This document shows, piece after piece, positions 1 to 11,929 of a stretch of 64,000 bases of DNA. Origin of the DNA: Octopus vulgaris (Eukaryota); contig OX597823.1 of the NCBI GenBank assembly GCA_951406725.2, positions 34,038,001-34,102,000 of the forward strand, in the 5' to 3' direction. The notes under the pieces are model-generated. The model made no database searches. It saw only the letters and a program-made list of their open reading frames with translations, and was not told the origin of the DNA. Position 1 is the first letter of the stretch; each line of letters starts with the position of its first letter. A program made the translations under genes and the position numbers.

Positions 1-139
1 TTATGTATTTCCAAGCAAGGTACTATTTCCCCATGGCTAGAAATATGTTCATAGAGTATTGGAGATGAACAGCATTCATTTACTACAGTCAACAGTATCA
101 AGACAAGGATACACAAACATACATACTCTCACACTCCTG

Positions 140-172
<33 letters not shown>

Positions 173-174
173 TA

Positions 175-905
175 TCATCATCGTCGTCGTTTAACGTGCG
201 TTTTCCATGCTGGCATGGGTTGGACGGTTTGACTGAGGACTGGCAAGCCAAAAGGCTGCATCAGGCTCCAATCTGATCTGGCAAAGTTTCTACAGCTGGA
301 CGCCTTTCCTAATGCCAACCACTCCAAGGGTGTAGTAGATGCTTTTAATGTGCCACCAGCACGAGAGCCAGTAAGGTGGTACTCGCAATGACCATGCTCA
401 AAAGGTGTTTTTTGTGTGCTACCTGCACGGGAGCCAGTCCAGCAGCACTGGCAACAACCACACTCAAATACTGTTTTTCCCATGCCACCAGCACATGTGC
501 CAGTAAGGCGATGCTGGCAACGACCATGCTTGAATGGTGCTTTTTAATGTGCCACCGGCACAGGAGCCAATCAGTGGCTCTGGCGCTTTTAAAGTTCCAC
601 TGGCACGAGTGCCAATCATGCGGTACTGTCATCGGTCACGTCAGTGATTTTGATTTTGATTTCACTTGCCTGAACAGGTCTTCGCAAGCAAAGTTATTGT
701 CCAATGAATGAAGGCTACTTATAACTGGGCTGTTACACCCACTGGCATAGGACACAGGTTATGGTCTCACTTGGTTTGTCGGGTCTTCTCAAGCACAGCA
801 TATCTCCAAAGGTCTTGATCATTAGCCATTGCCTCGGTAAGGCCCAATGTTCGAAGGTCATGCTTCACCACCTCATCCCAGGTTTTCCTGGGTCTACTTC
901 TTCCA
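175..905 (-). mobile_element. SINE-like repeat with (GAT)n tail and internal ~60-bp tandem units
   Basis: catcatcgtcgtttaacgt..ttttccatgctggcatgggttggacgg.. Related copies at ~5860-6078(+), 15260-15480, 17533-17880, 33803-33983(+), 55047-55420, 55478-55830 and 63690-64000. Confidence 0.75.
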
Positions 906-954
906 CAGCTTCCTTCATATATATGTGTATATATATATATGTATGTACATATAC

Positions 955-3672
955 ATTATTTAATAACAATTTGACTCAGCTCCATACAAATTACACAGGT
1001 GTGTAGGACAAACTTAACTCATCAAGCATCTGGAAACAGAGTAATTGAATGAGACAAGTCCAAGACAACTTCTAGATGTCAGATGTCTATTGGTCTGGAA
1101 ACAACATCAGTAATTTATTTTATTTTTTTGTCCTTTGACCCACTTGGATGAACAGGCTGTAGATAGATAACTGTCACTGCTCTGTCTGGAAGCTGCAATG
1201 TGGTATATTTAGCAACATCAGATTATTGCCTTTGCTGCTAAACTTTCCATGGGAGCAACAAGATTTGGTGGTATTGGATTGTGATTTGATGATGTTTGAT
1301 TAGACTATCAGCATGAATGGGGCTCTAGTCTATAAGTGTGCCAGGGTTTAACTACTGTGCCATTGAGTACAGAGTGGCCAGGCTTAAAGTGGTATATCTG
1401 GGTTGTTGGCTGCCAGTGTCTTGAAGTTCATAAACAGAGTGTAGCCCTGGAGACAACACAAAGCCAGGTGACTCTTCCTGTTCATGGTTACTGCAGATTA
1501 GTGAAATAGGTGGAGACAGAGTTGATAATTGCAAGTTCCAAGTGAGTACAGAGGAGCCCTGTCAATGACACTCCATTCAATATTGGAAGTCATTCTGATG
1601 ATCACAGAATCGCCAGATAAAATAGGACAGGGACACAGAGTTTTCCTTATCTCTGCTTCTGACAGAGTGCATATGCTGTGTATACCTTTTCTTGAAGTCA
1701 CAGGCTGTTGTGCTGTCTTGTAATGCCAACAGATGGTGTGAGGGTGGGTCTAAAGACCACAGACTTTGTGAGGCAAAATCTTCCCTGTGAACAATTGGTA
1801 AGATTTCAACAGTTACATGTTAGGATGTGTACTGGATGCTGTGTAGGTGTGTGTTTGTGTTTGCTGTAGTATGCACTGTTTAAAGCAACGTTGTCTTAGC
1901 AGAAATAACTGACCTTGATATTATCAGGTTTAAAACCCTTATAATACTTATGGGTTCTAGGGAAATGTTTGTTAATTAGCATCAGGAAGCTCCTAGCTAT
2001 GTTGGTTAAAATTTCTAGGTTAAATGAAGAATTGAATCTCATTACCTTTCTCTTTTTGATTCTCTTTGGATTCAGGAGTGGGGATGGGGTGTCTGTCATA
2101 TATCCTAATGCATTGTTATAATGTGAAGGAGTGGCTATGTTGAAGAACTCTTTATCCATCTATAGTTTAGAGGTTGTGCTGCTTATGCTTGTGACTAAGT
2201 TTCTAATTATAGCTTGGAGGTGGTTAGAGTTGTTGTAGATATATACAGTTTCCTCTTTGGGTTTCCTGCAAGGTCAGTGCTTTCTGATCTTCAGATCCAG
2301 GGTTATGTCCAGGAAGTCAACCCTTGTTAAATTGGTGGTGACCATTAGACAGGCCAAATTATTTGAATATCTTTATCAGACCCTTCTTGAACTTGTCCAT
2401 GATGTGACTGTTTATATGGCTTGAGATTACCAGATTGTCATCCCCTATACAGGCCCAAGTCAGTGGGGCTGCTTCTTTACAGTATCCAGAATAAATAAGC
2501 TGATGAGGTCAACAATTGTAGTCCTGTCGTGGCTCACCATAGCTATGTCAAACAGAGGTTCATCTTTCTTCTTCACCCAGTAGGAATCATGACAAACCAA
2601 AATTGACTTTCTAGCAGTCATGATGTTTCTGATATTAAGGTCACTGATATTGGTGAATTGCTTACCAAATTCTAAAGCTCTCAAGATTTTGGTGGGTAGA
2701 AATCCATGATATTGAACTGGTGGACCTGCAGGCTACTTTCTTCTTGATGCCATGGAACCAGTCAATTCCTGCAGTGCTACAATCTCATTGGGTCAATTTC
2801 ATAGTGCCTTTTTCACTCTTCCATGGATTTAATCAGCCTGCATTTAGGATTAGAAAGGAAGTTGGGTTTATGATCCTTAAGTGTGACATAGGAGGTGGGG
2901 GGAGAGGCAAGGCAGCCCACATGATCCTCTATATTTAGAAAGGTGGCCAGCTCTTTCACTTCAATGCTCATGTCATTATATGTAGAGATGTTTGTTTTCT
3001 TGTTGGTTGCAGTAATTGCGTTTGTAAGAAGGTGTGTGTGTGTGTTTGCAAGTGTTTGTCTCATATATGACCTTTGTTTTGTTGCAAGAATGTGTACATA
3101 AGATGATTGCTTCATTATTGCCATGTAGTAGTGTAATGAGTTAAAGAAGAGGTTAGACTGATGATGTTGATGAAACTTTACCTTCTTTCTGATGTTTAGT
3201 AAATCAGCTTTAAAGCTCTTGAGGTCCTTTAGCTGGGGATATCATTTATTTTTAGGATTTAAAACTGAACTTGTCCATAAGTCTGCTGGCGGACAGATTC
3301 TCAAAGAAAATAGAAAGTGTCACCAAACATATTTTTGGATATTTTTTTAAAGAGTACAACAACAATTGTCTCTCCATTATAAACTGTTTATTTCTCATTT
3401 ATGAGTGGTACTCAACAGAATATAGAGTACGAATACATGTGAGTGGACAAAAATGAAAGAAAGTGACACTCAACACTTTTGTTAGAAATTACATACAATA
3501 TTTAATAACAGTTTGACTCAGCTCCATGCAACTTCAAGTTTCATAGGCTGGTAGAATGAACCTAACTCATCAGGTATCTGGAGATATGATACAAATCCAA
3601 GATGGCTTCTAGATGTTAGGCCTTAAGTGGTTTGTTGAGGTTATGTGGTGTTATTGGTCTGGAAGCAACATC
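955..3672 (-). mobile_element. Decayed near-full-length Penelope-like retroelement with direct pLTRs
   Basis: Minus-strand RT fragments (TLKDHKPNFLSNPKCRLI; FDIAMVSHD; frameshifted LGLYR-DD near 2440-2460; KRKVMRFNSSF..LINKHFP..IKVSY) and GIY-YIG-region fragments (CNC..CLTKSVVF; FKKRYTQH; IEWSVIDRAPLY..C..CL). Flanked by diverged direct repeats at ~955-1108 and ~3497-3672. Confidence 0.8.
3523..3582 (-). ncRNA. Type I hammerhead ribozyme motif in pLTR (partly decayed)
   Basis: Minus strand: tccagatac CUGAUGA GU UAGG..CCUA U GAAA CUUGAAGUU gcaugga. A more decayed copy lies in the other pLTR at ~981-1035. Confidence 0.65.
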
Positions 3673-4156
3673 GATGATTTTCTTTGTTCTTAGAACCACA
3701 TAAATAGAATACCAAACTTCCATCAAGACCTGTTGAGCCTTGGAGAAATATTAGCTTTGAAAAAACTGATAAAGGCATCCAACTATAAAAAATCTGCCTC
3801 AAATGAATTCCATCTGGCCACAATATATATGGACATTAAAACAATGATGATGGTCTCCATTTTGTTTAAGGATTTTGTACAGTAAAAACCAGGCAGTTAG
3901 CCTGAGCATGTCAAGGTTATACAACGGTTCAATTTGATTACATATTTTAGTTGGTTACAAGTTTTACTAAAATATGTGAGTTATTTATTGGAACATGAAG
4001 TAATTCTAGATGAATCAACAACTCAATAATATTTTAATGTTTTAATGACCAATTATTTTTATTATGCATAACAAAGGTTTATTGTGTTGAACAGTTTGTT
4101 GACCGGGGTGGTGTTGACAGTTTTATTACCTGCTTATATATATATATATATATATA

Positions 4157-4340
4157 GTTGAAATTTACAGTAAAACAAAAGACAAAGACAAATATATGAA
4201 CAACAAGCAGGTGTATTAGTTTGATGTTCGGGAAAGTGAGAAAGTCTTTTATGTTTCAAGCCTACACACTTCAACAGAAAGGAATAAGAGAAAATAAACA
4301 GAGAGAGAGAATACAAAAACTTGTAGATTTAGTGGTCAAG
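4157..4340 (-). mobile_element. Short HHR-bearing repeat (CUGUNGA family), decayed
   Basis: Similar to 18838-19012 and 54610-54812. Minus strand 4246-4281 reads cuuu CUGUUGA A GUGU GUAG GCUU GAAAC AUA aaag. Flanked by (TA)n. Confidence 0.6.
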
Positions 4341-4364
4341 CATATATATGTATATAATTATAAT

Positions 4365-4410
<46 letters not shown>

Positions 4411-6134
4411 TGTATAGATACAATAATGGGAGAAGAAGAGATATACATATGACTGTTCCTGCAATACTGTTAGTTCTCTGAGATGTTTGTTTAATAAATA
4501 TGTGTGTGTGTGTGTGGTGACTGTAAACAAGCCTCATAGTCATACAAGCAAGGTTGTTCATTTCAAGTTTTCTGTGAAAAACATATCCAGCTATGGGAAA
4601 ATATTAGATTGCATGGAAACAGGTGAAGGTTGGTGACAGGAATGGCATCTGGCCAGTGGAGAGCTACCTCAGCAACTTCTGTCTGACCCATACAAGCATG
4701 AAAAAGTAAATGCTAAATGATAAAGACAATATGAGTGTGTGTGTAGTTGTTTTTATTTATTTATGTTATGGTGCAAAACCATGTAAGAGTTCCATACAAC
4801 TTAATATGATGTAGAACCTCGTAAATGTTAAATTTATGTCCAAGAAAAACAGGTTACATTTTTTATCCATTATTTCATTCAGTCAACTTACAATACATAT
4901 CAACAGGTTTGAAAGTAATTCCAAATTCAGAGCAAAAGTTGGTCAGTGAAAATTAGTTCATCCTTATTATTTTTTATATGAAAATAATGATCTTTCAACT
5001 TGCTGACACAAACCTAAATTTGTCTTTGACAATGTGAAAGAAGACTTCCCCTTCATGTCCGATAGCTGATGACTTCTGATCTATATAAATTTATACCACC
5101 TGAAGTTATCTTATTACTTTCAAACCTGCTGATGCTGTTTATCTCACATAAATTTACATATGCATGCTTGTGCGTGTGTGAGCGCATGCATGTGCATGTG
5201 TAAACACTTGAAATTAAATATTCCTGTGTAGACAAAAATGAAACAGAAAGTATTTAGATATTCAAAGTAGAAATGTTAAAATATATTTCTAAACAGAAAC
5301 TTTGAATTTTGAAATGTTGAGTTTCACATTACCGATGTTGAGTTTTACATTTCCAATGTTAATGAGAATATTCAGATAACCAAAAGAAAATGGAAACATT
5401 TGACTGCATGTGAAGATTAAATTATATAAACGAATAAATATTTGATTGGATGCATATGCAAAAATAAAATCAACTAAAAAGAAATTGAATAAAAATAAAA
5501 TGCAAACTGAAAAAAAAATCATATATTGTTTTTGTTCAACATCTACTTTTCCATGCTTCCCAGTGGGGTCAGGTGAGAGTATTTTGAGTCAGTGGTTGGA
5601 TGTCCTTCCTGTGGCCAGTTCCCACTTGTTTCCAAGTGAGACCATAATCTTTCAGTCTATCAAACAACAAACAGACCAAATATGTATTGTATGGAGAACT
5701 GACAACAAACAAAACTATTTGAATGTGCATTTTGTTTACAAATCAGAAAGCATAATTGAAAAAGGAAGGCACTCTCACAAACACACACACACACACCCAT
5801 AGGTTCACACACAAACACACACATACATATAATAATTCATGCATATTTTGGAAGAAGTGTCACGTAAAAATGCTCGTACGGTGCCACATAAAAGCACCCG
5901 TGCAATGTTGCACTCTGTGGAGTGGTCAATGTTAGGAAGGACATCCAGCCATAGAAACAATACTGAATCAGACTGGAGTTTGGTGCAGCCCCCCACTAGC
6001 TTGCCAGCTCTGGTCACACCATCCAACCCATGCCAGCATGGACAATGAACATTAAATAATGATGATGATGATGATGATACATATATATATTTGCGTTTGT
6101 ATGTATATATACATACGTATACATAATATATATA

Positions 6135-6178
<44 letters not shown>

Positions 6179-6256
6179 CACAAAAAAAAAATATAGGTTT
6201 GTTTTTGTCATGCTGGAGCACCACCCTCATTACCATGGTAACACTCTGTCTTTCAG

Positions 6257-6397
6257 TATATCAATAGTGCGTACGAGCGACTCTCAGGTTATGCCACAGA
6301 TGAAATCCTTGGCAAAAATGCAAAAGAATTTCCTCGAAGTGACAAAGTGAAACCAGAACACCTGGATATTATTAACAATCACCTCGTCAAAGACAAA
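6257..6397 (+). CDS. PDE8: PDE8-like phosphodiesterase, coding exon (PAS domain)
   Basis: tttcag|TAT...AAA|gtaagt; 141 nt, phase 0/0. Encodes YINSAYERLSGYATDEILGKNAKEFPRSDKVKPEHLDIINNHLVKDK, resembling the PDE8 PAS segment (YVNPAFERMMGY..ELLGK). Confidence 0.9.
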
Positions 6398-6444
6398 GTA
6401 AGTTTTAAAATTTCTTAATTGTAACCATTCTTTCATTCCTGGGC

Positions 6445-7110
6445 ATACACCCACCTGTAGTTGTGTATCTATATCATTATTTTATATACACCCAACTGTA
6501 GGTGTGTGTCTATATTATCATTTTATATACACCCACCTGTAGTTGTGTGTCTATATTATCATTTTATATACACCCACCTGTAGTTGTGTGTCTATATTAT
6601 CATTTTATATACACCCACCTGTAGCTGTGTGTCTATATTATCATTTTATATACACCCACCTGTAGTTGTGTGTCTATATTATCATTTTATATACACCCAC
6701 CTGTAGTTGTGTGTCTATATTATCATTTTATATACACCCATCTGTTGCTGTGTGTCTATATTATCATTTTATATACACCCACCTGTAGCTGTGTGTCTAT
6801 ATTATCATTTTATATACACCCACCTGTAGTTGTGTGTCTATATTATCATTTTATATACACCCATCTGTAGCTGTGTGTCTATATCATCATTTTATGTACA
6901 CCCACCAGTAGCTGTGTGTCTATATTATTATTTTATATACACCCACCTGTAGGTGTGTGTCTATATTATCATTTTATATACACCCACCTGTAGTTGTGTG
7001 TCTATATTATCATTTTATATACACCCACCTGTTGTTGTGTGTCTATATTATTATTCTATACATACCCAACTGTAGTTGTATCTGTATGTGCCTATATCAT
7101 TATTGTATAT
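6445..7110. repeat. 41-bp minisatellite, about 16 copies
   Basis: Unit TATACACCCACCTGTAGTTGTGTGTCTATATTATCATTTTA repeated head to tail with no unique spacers. Confidence 0.95.
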
Positions 7111-7198
7111 ACATTCAGCTGTACATGTGTGTCTGGTTTGTGTCTGAATCATTACAGTATGTACACCAAACTTCAGTTGTCTTTCTGTATAATTACTC

Positions 7199-7248
<50 letters not shown>

Positions 7249-7312
7249 TACATACATATATCATCATCATCATTTTTTATGATGATGATGATGATGATAC
7301 ATATATATATCA

Positions 7313-7424
7313 AGTTAGAAAACAGAGAGATCTAATGGATACAAATTAATTTATTAATTAATCAACAGATGTTGATTAATTAATAAACTAAAGTGTATAT
7401 ATTAGATCTCTCTGTTTTCTAACT
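7313..7424. repeat. Fold-back palindrome (~55-bp arms)
   Basis: agttagaaaacagagagatctaat...ttattaattaatcaaca pairs with tgttgattaattaataa...attagatctctctgttttctaact. Confidence 0.85.
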
Positions 7425-8122
7425 CAATAAAAATGTTTGACATCTTACAATATGCTATATAATATATTCATTGGAGAATTATCTCTTCAATTTAATATAT
7501 TAAACCAATGTATCTTGGATAAAAAACATTCCTGTAAGAGATTTGAATATACTCATTCTGACTATATGTGTGTGTGTGTGTGCAGTAGTAATATAGAAAC
7601 AGCTAAAACTGAATGTACATGCTATAATCGTGGCACTTCGTCGTTTATGATGACAAAGGTTCCAGTTGATCCGATCAATGTGCAAGTGGCTGAGCACTCC
7701 ACAGACACATGTACCCTTAATGTAGTTCTCGGGGCAATTCAGTGTGACACAGAGTGTGACAAGGTGGCTGTTTGAAATACAGGTAAAACAGAAACAGGAA
7801 GAAAGAGTGAGAGAAAGTTGTGGTGGAAGAGTAAAGAAGGGTTTTCCACCAACTCCTGCCGGAGCCTCAAGGAGCTCTAGGTATTTTCGCTCAATAAACA
7901 CTCACAATGTCCGGTCTAGGAATTGAAACTGTGATATATATGTGTGTGTTTGTGTATGTATATATGAGGAAGTGAGGGTATAAAAGGTATTGGTGTCTAG
8001 AAGACCCAAATAGTGGCAGATAATGTTAAGTAAGTGCTATGGACAGACCATAGTTAAACTCATGGTTCGATTGTGATACAAGTGAGGAGTTTAATGTGGG
8101 TCTTGTATTAGCATGTGTATAC

Positions 8123-8153
<31 letters not shown>

Positions 8154-8155
<2 letters not shown>

Positions 8156-8357
8156 TTAGATAAAACCAGATAACAAAGCCAAGGCTGTGAGGAGTTTTCA
8201 AGATATTTATAAGTAAAGAGATATAGTCTTACAGCTGTATCTGGGATATTGTATATCCATAATATCCCAGAAACAGCTGTAAGACTATATCTCTTTCCTT
8301 ATAAATGTCCTGAAAACTCCTCACAGCTTTGGCTTTGTTATCTTTTCTTGTCTAATA
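8154..8357. mobile_element. Fold-back mini-element (~95-bp arms) containing the 3' half of a hammerhead motif
   Basis: Near-perfect palindrome centred on ctgggatattg-tatatccat-aatatcccag, followed by GAAAC AGCT GTA. Embedded in (TA)n. Confidence 0.75.
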
Positions 8358-8785
8358 TATATATATATATACACACACACATATATATGTATTGTATGTA
8401 TATATGTATTGTATGTATGTGTATGTATGTATGTATGTGTATGTATGTATATGCATGTATATATATATGTATGTATATGTATGTATATATATATATATGT
8501 ATATATATGTATGTATATGTATGTATATATATATGTATGTATATATATATATGTATGTATATCTATGTATATATATGTATGTATGTATATATATATATAT
8601 ATATATAGGTGTGTGTATATATATATACATTTATATATGTATAAATATATATATGTATATGTATATACATGTGTATATATAATTAACATCTAATATAGGA
8701 TAGAATTTTTCGAAAAAATTCTAGTGGCCAGCATATTAAAAAAATACCTTTAAAGGTTAAATTTATAAACAATTTATAAGTAAGG

Positions 8786-9024
8786 GCAAAAGAAAAAAAA
8801 TTTCTAATGCCAAAATATGCCAAAAATCGACACTTCATCAATAACCATGTAATTTATCACAAGCACATGTTTCAAAGAAAGCCGGCAGAAATTTCTAAAA
8901 ATTTCCGTACTTACCATATCGGACCAAATTTCAGAGTTAGTTCATAAAAAACTTTTAAACATGTGCTTGTGATAAATAGTGTAGATTTTCAGCATATTTT
9001 GGCATTAGAATTCTTTTCTTTTGC
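8786..9024. repeat. Imperfect inverted repeat element
   Basis: gcaaaagaaaa..ttctaatgccaaaatatgc (8786-8820) pairs with 8992-9024; atttatcacaagcacatgttt (8852-8872) pairs with 8957-8977. Confidence 0.8.
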
Positions 9025-9126
9025 GTACATATATATATGTATATATATATATATACATATATTATATATATATATATGTATTTATATGTATGTATATTTA
9101 TATGTATATATATAATTATATATATG

Positions 9127-9197
<71 letters not shown>

Positions 9198-9311
9198 ATA
9201 TTTCGGAATGGTCATATTGCCAGTTTAGCCAATAAAAACACACGCACTATATATTTGGTGTTATTTTGCTTCAGTGATATTTATTTTTTACATTAATCTT
9301 AATCTTATTTC

Positions 9312-9356
9312 GGCCAAAGTTCTTTCGTCACACTCCTGTGACCGCATCAGTGGTCC
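9312..9356 (-). ncRNA. Mirror copy of the hammerhead-like motif in the inverted arm
   Basis: Exact reverse complement of 11885-11929. Confidence 0.6.
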
Positions 9357-10307
9357 TTTGTTTTCTTCTCACTTACTTGTGTCTCTCCTTACTAACCGTC
9401 AGCCATTTTGTATTTCTATTGTATGTCTTCATTTGCGCATGCTTATATCTCTATGTGCATCTATGTTTATTTAGTGTGGGGGGGGGATGCCTGTAATATT
9501 TGTATCTTCTGGTTATATACATTCTTGTAATTTGTATTTTGTTTTTGTTGTTGTTGCTTTTGTTCTAATTTTATTCATGTGTTTACATCCACCCATTATT
9601 ATCATTATATATGCTTGTATGTATGTATAACAACAATACTAGTAATAATAATAATAAATCTAATCGAGAAAAAAAAAAAAAAAAAGAATATACATATACA
9701 TATATATATATATACATACATATACATATACATATATATATATATATATATACATATATACACACATATATACACATATACATATACATATATATACACA
9801 TATACATATATATAGATATTCATTTCTATTTCTTTAATTACCTGTGTATTTATTATGTTTGCAGGATCCACTATTGTCATATGTTGTGGTGTGCGCTATT
9901 GCTCCATTCTAGTTTTCTATTCAGGCTAGGTTTATTTTCTATTATATGTGTAGCTTCTGTAATTTGTCTAATTGTTGCATCTGTTCTATGTGTGGACAAT
10001 ATCTTAATCTCTATGTTATTGATTGATCCCCCGTGTTCTTGTTCGGCGTGTTGGTACAGAATCGATGAGCTTTTACCTTCCTTGAGTTGTCTCCAATGTT
10101 CATTCACCCGCTCACCAATGCTTCTTGCAGTTTCCCCTACGTATGTTACTGTCTTGTTACTGCATCGTCCCTCTATACATCTTATACTATAGACCACATT
10201 TCTGGCTTTACAGTTCGTTTGTGGGCTAAATCTACATACAGTGCAATAGTTATCCGTACAGAGAGTTCTACTAATTATCTGTTGATATAGTAATAGAAAC
10301 TAATACT

Positions 10308-11366
10308 ATGGAGAGCATCCAGCAAATAGCTAACTCCATCCACCAGAGTATTAAGGTCACAATAGACTACCCCACTAAACACCCCAACCATAGACTACCA
10401 GTACTAGACACTGAACTCTGGCTAGAAATTGTGAAAAATAAAACCCAAATCCTTCATTCATACTATGCAAAACCTATGGCCTCAAAATACCTGATCCACC
10501 GGAACTCAGCCATTGCGGGCAATGCCAAATTCAATATTTTGATGGCAGACCTCGTCAGAATAATGAGAAATGTGTCACGCATGTGCGAGCCTACAGAATT
10601 AAAGAGACACATACAGTATTTCATTCACCGCATGCAGTTCTCAGGTTACAGCCATAAAGAAAGGATCAGAGTATACATAGGAGCCATGAAGAAATTTGAT
10701 AATATATTATGTAATGATAGGAATGGGATTTGCCCACTCTATAGGAACAAGTCATGGAACACTATAGAAAGGACAAAAAAGAAAATAAGGAAGGCCAACT
10801 CTTGGTATGATAGCCATAAATACCAGAGTGTCATGTTCGTTGACACCACCCCTGGAGGTGAACTAGCGTACCGCTTTAGAAGGACCCTAGATAAACTTAA
10901 ACTAAGAATTAAGGTTGTTGAAAAGCCAGGCAACCCTATCAGATCTATAATTGGTAGAACCTATCCTTTTAGTAGAACTCTCTGTACGGATAACTATTGC
11001 ACTGTATGTAGATTTAGCCCACAAACGAACTGTAAAGCCAGAAATGTGGTCTATAGTATAAGATGTATAGAGGGACGATGCAGTAACAAGACAGTAACAT
11101 ACGTAGGGGAAACTGCAAGAAGCATTGGTGAGCGGGTGAATGAACATTGGAGACAACTCAAGGAAGGTAAAAGCTCATCGATTCTGTACCAACACGCCGA
11201 ACAAGAACACGGGGGATCAATCAATAACATAGAGATTAAGATATTGTCCACACATAGAACAGATGCAACAATTAGACAAATTACAGAAGCTACACATATA
11301 ATAGAAAATAAACCTAGCCTGAATAGAAAACTAGAATGGAGCAATAGCGCACACCACAACATATGA
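10308..11366 (+). CDS. PLE polyprotein C-terminal part: RT end/thumb + Cys knuckle + GIY-YIG endonuclease (RT catalytic core missing)
   Basis: 352-aa open frame: IANSI..VTIDYP..LPVLD; [16 protein letters not shown]; CxxxxCxxC; [31 protein letters not shown]. The frame is open back to the inversion junction at 10275. Naiad-like by recalled motifs (clade uncertain). Confidence 0.88.
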   Translation: MESIQQIANSIHQSIKVTIDYPTKHPNHRLPVLDTELWLEIVKNKTQILHSYYAKPMASKYLIHRNSAIAGNAKFNILMADLVRIMRNVSRMCEPTELKRHIQYFIHRMQFSGYSHKERIRVYIGAMKKFDNILCNDRNGICPLYRNKSWNTIERTKKKIRKANSWYDSHKYQSVMFVDTTPGGELAYRFRRTLDKLKLRIKVVEKPGNPIRSIIGRTYPFSRTLCTDNYCTVCRFSPQTNCKARNVVYSIRCIEGRCSNKTVTYVGETARSIGERVNEHWRQLKEGKSSSILYQHAEQEHGGSINNIEIKILSTHRTDATIRQITEATHIIENKPSLNRKLEWSNSAHHNI

Positions 11367-11884
11367 CAATAGTGGATCCTGCAAACATAATAAATACACA
11401 GGTAATTAAAGAAATAGAAATGAATATCTATATATATGTATATGTGTATATATATGTATATGTATATGTGTATATATGTGTGTATATATGTATATATATA
11501 TATATATATATATGTATATGTATATGTATGTATATATATATATATGTATATGTATATTCTTTTTTTTTTTTTTTTCGATTAGATTTATTATTATTATTAC
11601 TAGTATTGTTGTTATACATACATACAAGCATATGTAATGATAATAATGGGTGGATGTAAACACATGAATAAAATTAGAACAAAAGCAACAACAACAAAAA
11701 CAAAATACAAATTACAAGAATGTATATAACCAGAAGATACAAATATTACAGGCATCCCCCCACACACTAAATAAACATAGACGCACATAGAGATATAAGC
11801 ATGCGCAAATGAAGACATACAATAGAAATACAAAATGGCTGACGGTTAGTAAGGAGAGACACAAGTAAGTGAGAAGAAAACAAA

Positions 11885-11929
11885 GGACCACTGATGCGGT
11901 CACAGGAGTGTGACGAAAGAACTTTGGCC
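11885..11929 (+). ncRNA. Minimal type I hammerhead-like motif (variant core)
   Basis: GGACCA CUGAUGC G GUCACA-GGAG-UGUGAC GAAA GAAC UU UGGCC. Perfect 6-bp stem II, 2-bp stem III, stem I GGACCA/UGG-CC. Confidence 0.6.

Noticed and set aside
1-6256. Upstream PDE8 exon (REC domain or start of PAS)
   Set aside because: I found no matching peptide with splice sites; it is presumably upstream of the window.
6445-7110. Regular 41-bp repeat array as a CRISPR
   Set aside because: Units are contiguous with no unique spacers, there are no cas genes, and the context is a eukaryotic intron.
8249-9296. Many YI/CV/HT/LS-rich ORFs in the ORF track, here and throughout the window
   Set aside because: They are translations of (TA)n, (TG)n, (CT)n and (TCTA)n microsatellites.
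9877-10197. Second GIY-YIG ORF on the minus strand as an independent gene
   Set aside because: It is the inverted copy of the 3' part of ORF 10308-11366.
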